A stretch of DNA of 64,000 bases. Source: an uncultured Gammaproteobacteria bacterium. GTDB lineage: Bacteria; Patescibacteriota; Microgenomatia; Levybacterales; GWA1-39-11. The notes under the pieces were generated by a model. The model was not told the origin of the DNA and searched no databases. It worked only from the letters and a program-made list of their open reading frames with translations. A program made the translations under genes and the position numbers. How positions within the stretch are numbered: the stretch's first letter is position 1; each line of letters opens with the position of its first letter. Shown here piece by piece: positions 61,112 to 64,000 of the stretch. The stretch spans positions 11,569 to 75,568 of the forward strand of contig CAYPEN010000005.1 in assembly GCA_964409875.1 (NCBI GenBank), read 5' to 3'.

Positions 61112-61444
61112 ATGGCAATGAATGATGTCTATGCGGATATAGAGCCGACACGTGCCGACATTGATGCGCTGAGGGGAGCTAGCATCATCGAGTTTGGTAA
61201 CCCTTGGTGTGGCCACTGTCGTGCAGCGCAACCGATGCTCGCCGCCGCGTTGGCCGATCATCCATCTATTCGGCATCTCAAGATTGAAGACGGCAGCGGG
61301 CGCCTCTTGGGGCGGGCGTTCAAAGTGAAGCTTTGGCCGACATTGATTTTTCTGCGCGACGGCCAGGAGGTTGCGCGCCTTGTTCGACCCGCAAACGAAA
61401 ATCTAATTCGGCAGGCGTTTGCGGAGATTAATGCGGCAAATTGA
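61112..61444 (+). CDS. Thioredoxin-family protein
   Basis: WCGHC, KLWPTLIF; start uncertain. Confidence 0.85.
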   Translation: MAMNDVYADIEPTRADIDALRGASIIEFGNPWCGHCRAAQPMLAAALADHPSIRHLKIEDGSGRLLGRAFKVKLWPTLIFLRDGQEVARLVRPANENLIRQAFAEINAAN

Positions 61445-61499
61445 TGCAGCGAATTCGTGTGCTGCCTGCGCCTCAAAGAATTGTTACGACGTAGCAGCG

Positions 61500-62091
61500 C
61501 TAGCGAATCGTTTGGCGAATACTGAACGCACCGCGTATATCGCCAGCTTTGTAACCAGCGGCTTGATCAGTCGGATAAAGGGACTGAATTTTTGTGGATA
61601 CTGACGCCGGGATATCGTTCCCGTGGCACATCAGACAAGGGCCATTAGGCACAATCACAATGGCTTTCATGTAGCGATTTTCTATGTTTTCGCCATTGCG
61701 AATCACTTCTAGAAATTCAAATGTGGACGGATCTTCGCCATTGGCCTTTCGCGCTGAAAAACTCTCCAGGACACGTTGCTCCCATTCGTCCGGTACATTT
61801 TTTGGATTGCGAACTTTCAGGCTGGTGCGACGCATCGTCCAGTGGTGCTTGTTCGAAAGATCCGCGGCAATGGCCGCTGCTTTTTTGTTGCACACGTCGA
61901 TCGCATGGACAGGGCCACCGGCCGATATCGCATTCGTTAGTCCAGTTTGCAATGTCTTTGAAAATTCGGCTGTTGCGGTTCGGTAAGCGATAGTGGGTGT
62001 TTCGTTGGAGCTCGATTCGGCTTTGGCGATACTGGCAATCAGACACCTCTCTATGGCAATGATTTTCGCCTAAATGGGTGTCCGGTTTCAT
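61500..62091 (-). pseudogene. DUF3365 (Tll0287-like) c-type heme protein with disrupted N-terminus
   Basis: RTSLKVRNPKN.PD, CLMCHG, YP.DQA.GY; ATG at 62091 is out of frame and a TAG interrupts the signal-peptide-like region. Confidence 0.7.
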
Positions 62092-62219
62092 TAAGCCACT
62101 ACAGAATCCATCAAGTAAAGACCGTCCTATCCCTTAAATATAATTTCACAATTGCTGAGCATAAGCTTGAGCTATCCAAGCGGTCATTCAAAACCATTCT
62201 ATTGAGACGTATCTTGAAC

Positions 62220-62243
62220 GGCAACAATGGCCGAATAGCGCCC
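62220..62243 (-). repeat. dif-like site D
   Basis: GGCAACAAT-GGCCGA-ATAGCGCCC, 25 bp past the recombinase stop. Confidence 0.6.
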
Positions 62244-62268
62244 CACCCATCGGGGCGCAAAAGCTCAG

Positions 62269-62895
62269 TCAGATTTCGGTCTGCTCGGACATTTCTAATG
62301 CGTCATCCACTTCTATACCCAGATAGCGAACCGTGCTTTCGAGCCGGGAATGGCCCAATAGCAATTGCACGGCCCGTAAGTTCTTCGTCCTTCGATAAAT
62401 CAACGACACCTTGGTCCGTCGCATTGAGTGCGTGCCATACAGTGAACTGTCCAAACCAATCTCGTTAATCCATCCGTGCAGGATTCTGGCGTACTGTCTG
62501 GTTGATAAGTGCGGCGAACCATGTAGCCGGCTCGGAAAGAGAAAGTCACCGCTGCCGAGATGTGCCATTGCAATCCACTCGACAATGGCTGCTCGAGTGG
62601 TCTCTGTGATCTCGAACTGCACTGGCCGCTGAGTTTTCTGTTGCAGGACCATTGCTCTTGGCGCAATTTGATTCCCGTGCGCAACGTCATTCACCCTTAA
62701 TTTGACCAGATCACAAGCTCTCAATTTGCTATCGATGGCCAAATTAAATAGCGCCAGATCGCGCTTCCGCTGGGCCAATTGCAGCCGTACGCGTATTGCC
62801 CAAATATCCTTCAACTTCAACGGCGATTTCTGCCCAATCAGTTTGGCCTTGTTCCAGGGTGCAGGTTTCTCGGAAGTTAACGGCATCGTATTCAT
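62269..62895 (-). CDS. Minimal tyrosine recombinase (essentially catalytic domain only)
   Basis: DSKLRACD (R), QKT (K), HSMRR, LLGH, TVRY; N-terminal PWNK..LIGQK.PL. Confidence 0.92.
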   Translation of the reverse strand: MNTMPLTSEKPAPWNKAKLIGQKSPLKLKDIWAIRVRLQLAQRKRDLALFNLAIDSKLRACDLVKLRVNDVAHGNQIAPRAMVLQQKTQRPVQFEITETTRAAIVEWIAMAHLGSGDFLFPSRLHGSPHLSTRQYARILHGWINEIGLDSSLYGTHSMRRTKVSLIYRRTKNLRAVQLLLGHSRLESTVRYLGIEVDDALEMSEQTEI

Positions 62896-62948
62896 GGCAG
62901 CCTCCTACCATGTGGACGGGAGGCAATTGTGCGCCATGACATTCAAAT

Positions 62949-62972
62949 GGGGGATAGTCGGCCATAGCTGTC
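62949..62972 (+). repeat. dif-like site E
   Basis: GGGGGATAG-TCGGCC-ATAGCTGTC, upstream of the recombinase. Confidence 0.6.
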
Positions 62973-62989
62973 GTTTGAGCAAGCATCAA

Positions 62990-63562
62990 TTAATTTGTTA
63001 TAGACGGCCGCTTAATACTGATCGCACCGCGTACCGCGCCAATGGTATAGCCTGTCGCCTGGTCATCCGGGTACAGCTCGCGTAATTTTGTTTTTACATC
63101 CTCTGGAATTTCGGCAACGTTGCCGTGGCAGGAAAGGCACAGAGGCTGTGTTGGCAATGCCTTCATGTATCGATATGTGTCGTCGATTATCTCGGCTTTC
63201 TCCAGCGTTGCAGCATCTGCACCTGAGGCGACGCGTTGATCGAATTCGGTCAATACCGCTTTTTCCCACGCATCTGGCACCGCTTTGGGGTTGCGATTTT
63301 TCAGGCTGACGCGGCGAATTTGCCAGCCGGTTTTGGCCGATATCTCTTTCGCCGTTTGCGGCGCTTTATTGCGGCAGGCAGCGATTGCGGAGACCAACCC
63401 ACCTGCCGCCATTTCTTTTTGCAGCTCGGTCATGAGTTTGGGCGGCATTGCTGTCGCCACGGCGCGGGTTTCCTGCAACAGAGTGTCTTCAGCTGCATGT
63501 GCCAGCATTGGCAGAGCCATCATCGCAATCAGCAATCGTTGTCGTGAAGTTGGTGTTTTCAT
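62990..63562 (-). CDS. DUF3365 (Tll0287-like) periplasmic c-type heme protein
   Basis: Signal peptide AHA, RRVSLKNRNP, CLSCHG, YPDDQATGY. Confidence 0.85.
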   Translation of the reverse strand: MKTPTSRQRLLIAMMALPMLAHAAEDTLLQETRAVATAMPPKLMTELQKEMAAGGLVSAIAACRNKAPQTAKEISAKTGWQIRRVSLKNRNPKAVPDAWEKAVLTEFDQRVASGADAATLEKAEIIDDTYRYMKALPTQPLCLSCHGNVAEIPEDVKTKLRELYPDDQATGYTIGAVRGAISIKRPSITN

Positions 63563-64000
63563 AGGGGTTCTCCTCTCACATGCGTGGATTCTTGATTCGA
63601 CTGCCGGGCCATGCCCCACTCGACAACCCCATCGCGCAGTTGCATGGCCTCGTACCCGTGTTCGCGCAGCAGACGCACCGCATCGCCGGACAGCAGGCAG
63701 AAACCGCCACGACAATAGGCAACGATGGGTTTGTCCTTGGGCAGTTCGGAGAGGCGCTGACTCAGTTCAGTCAGGGGCAGGGAGCGGGCAAGTGGCAGAT
63801 GGGCCTGATCGTATTCATTGGCGGGGCGAACATCGATGATCACGATCTCACCCAAACGCGCCTTGCGCAGCAGCTCGTCGCGCTGCTCGGTTCGCCATTC
63901 GCCGTTCGAGCCGGCAAGTTGCGCCAGCGTTTCCTGTAACTCGAATAGCCGGGCGTGGGCCAAACTGCGCAGCGCCACCCACAGCTCTGGCACTTCCTTG
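63559..64000 (-). CDS. ArsR-rhodanese fusion, C-terminal part (starts beyond the window)
   Basis: IDVRP..EY...HLP.A, AYCRG.FC rhodanese motifs; preceding LW.ALR.LA helix. Confidence 0.8.
   Translation of the reverse strand, partial: KEVPELWVALRSLAHARLFELQETLAQLAGSNGEWRTEQRDELLRKARLGEIVIIDVRPANEYDQAHLPLARSLPLTELSQRLSELPKDKPIVAYCRGGFCLLSGDAVRLLREHGYEAMQLRDGVVEWGMARQSNQESTHVRGEPL

Noticed and set aside
62269-62895. Recombinase as the integron integrase for the 11-13 kb cassettes
   Set aside because: Too short, lacks the IntI-specific insertion, has no attI and lies about 49 kb away

Overview
The window reads as most of a conjugative proteobacterial plasmid (or integrated equivalent). The backbone has a MOBP relaxase, mobC and an IncP-type oriT, two ParA/ParB systems with distinct palindromic sites, an orphan truncated ParB, a RepA/iteron/DnaA-box origin, an ssb/ardC-like establishment region, a zeta toxin pair and a complete virB1-11/virD4 T4SS followed by kikA, csrA, an ompA-like gene and a nuclease. 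The cargo comprises an AbiF/AbiD-type HEPN gene with a convergent small RNA candidate, a decaying integron cassette array (ABM, SIR2-like DUF4917, DUF6998), a CadR/CadA/CzcCBA metal module, a two-TetR oxidoreductase cluster, a TetR/ABC exporter module, an intact IS4 element, DUF3365 cytochrome genes and a minimal tyrosine recombinase. Most notable: (1) five 24-bp dif-like sites sharing one 6-bp spacer, in alternating orientation, bracket the cargo modules and the minimal recombinase, suggesting a pdif-like module-shuffling system; (2) the entry-exclusion lipoprotein and VirB5 share an 11/17-identical C-terminal peptide; (3) the zeta toxin has a T4SS-substrate-like tail; (4) a GGA-rich virB1 leader is paired with a plasmid-encoded CsrA. 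All family calls come from motif recognition by eye; no database searches were run.
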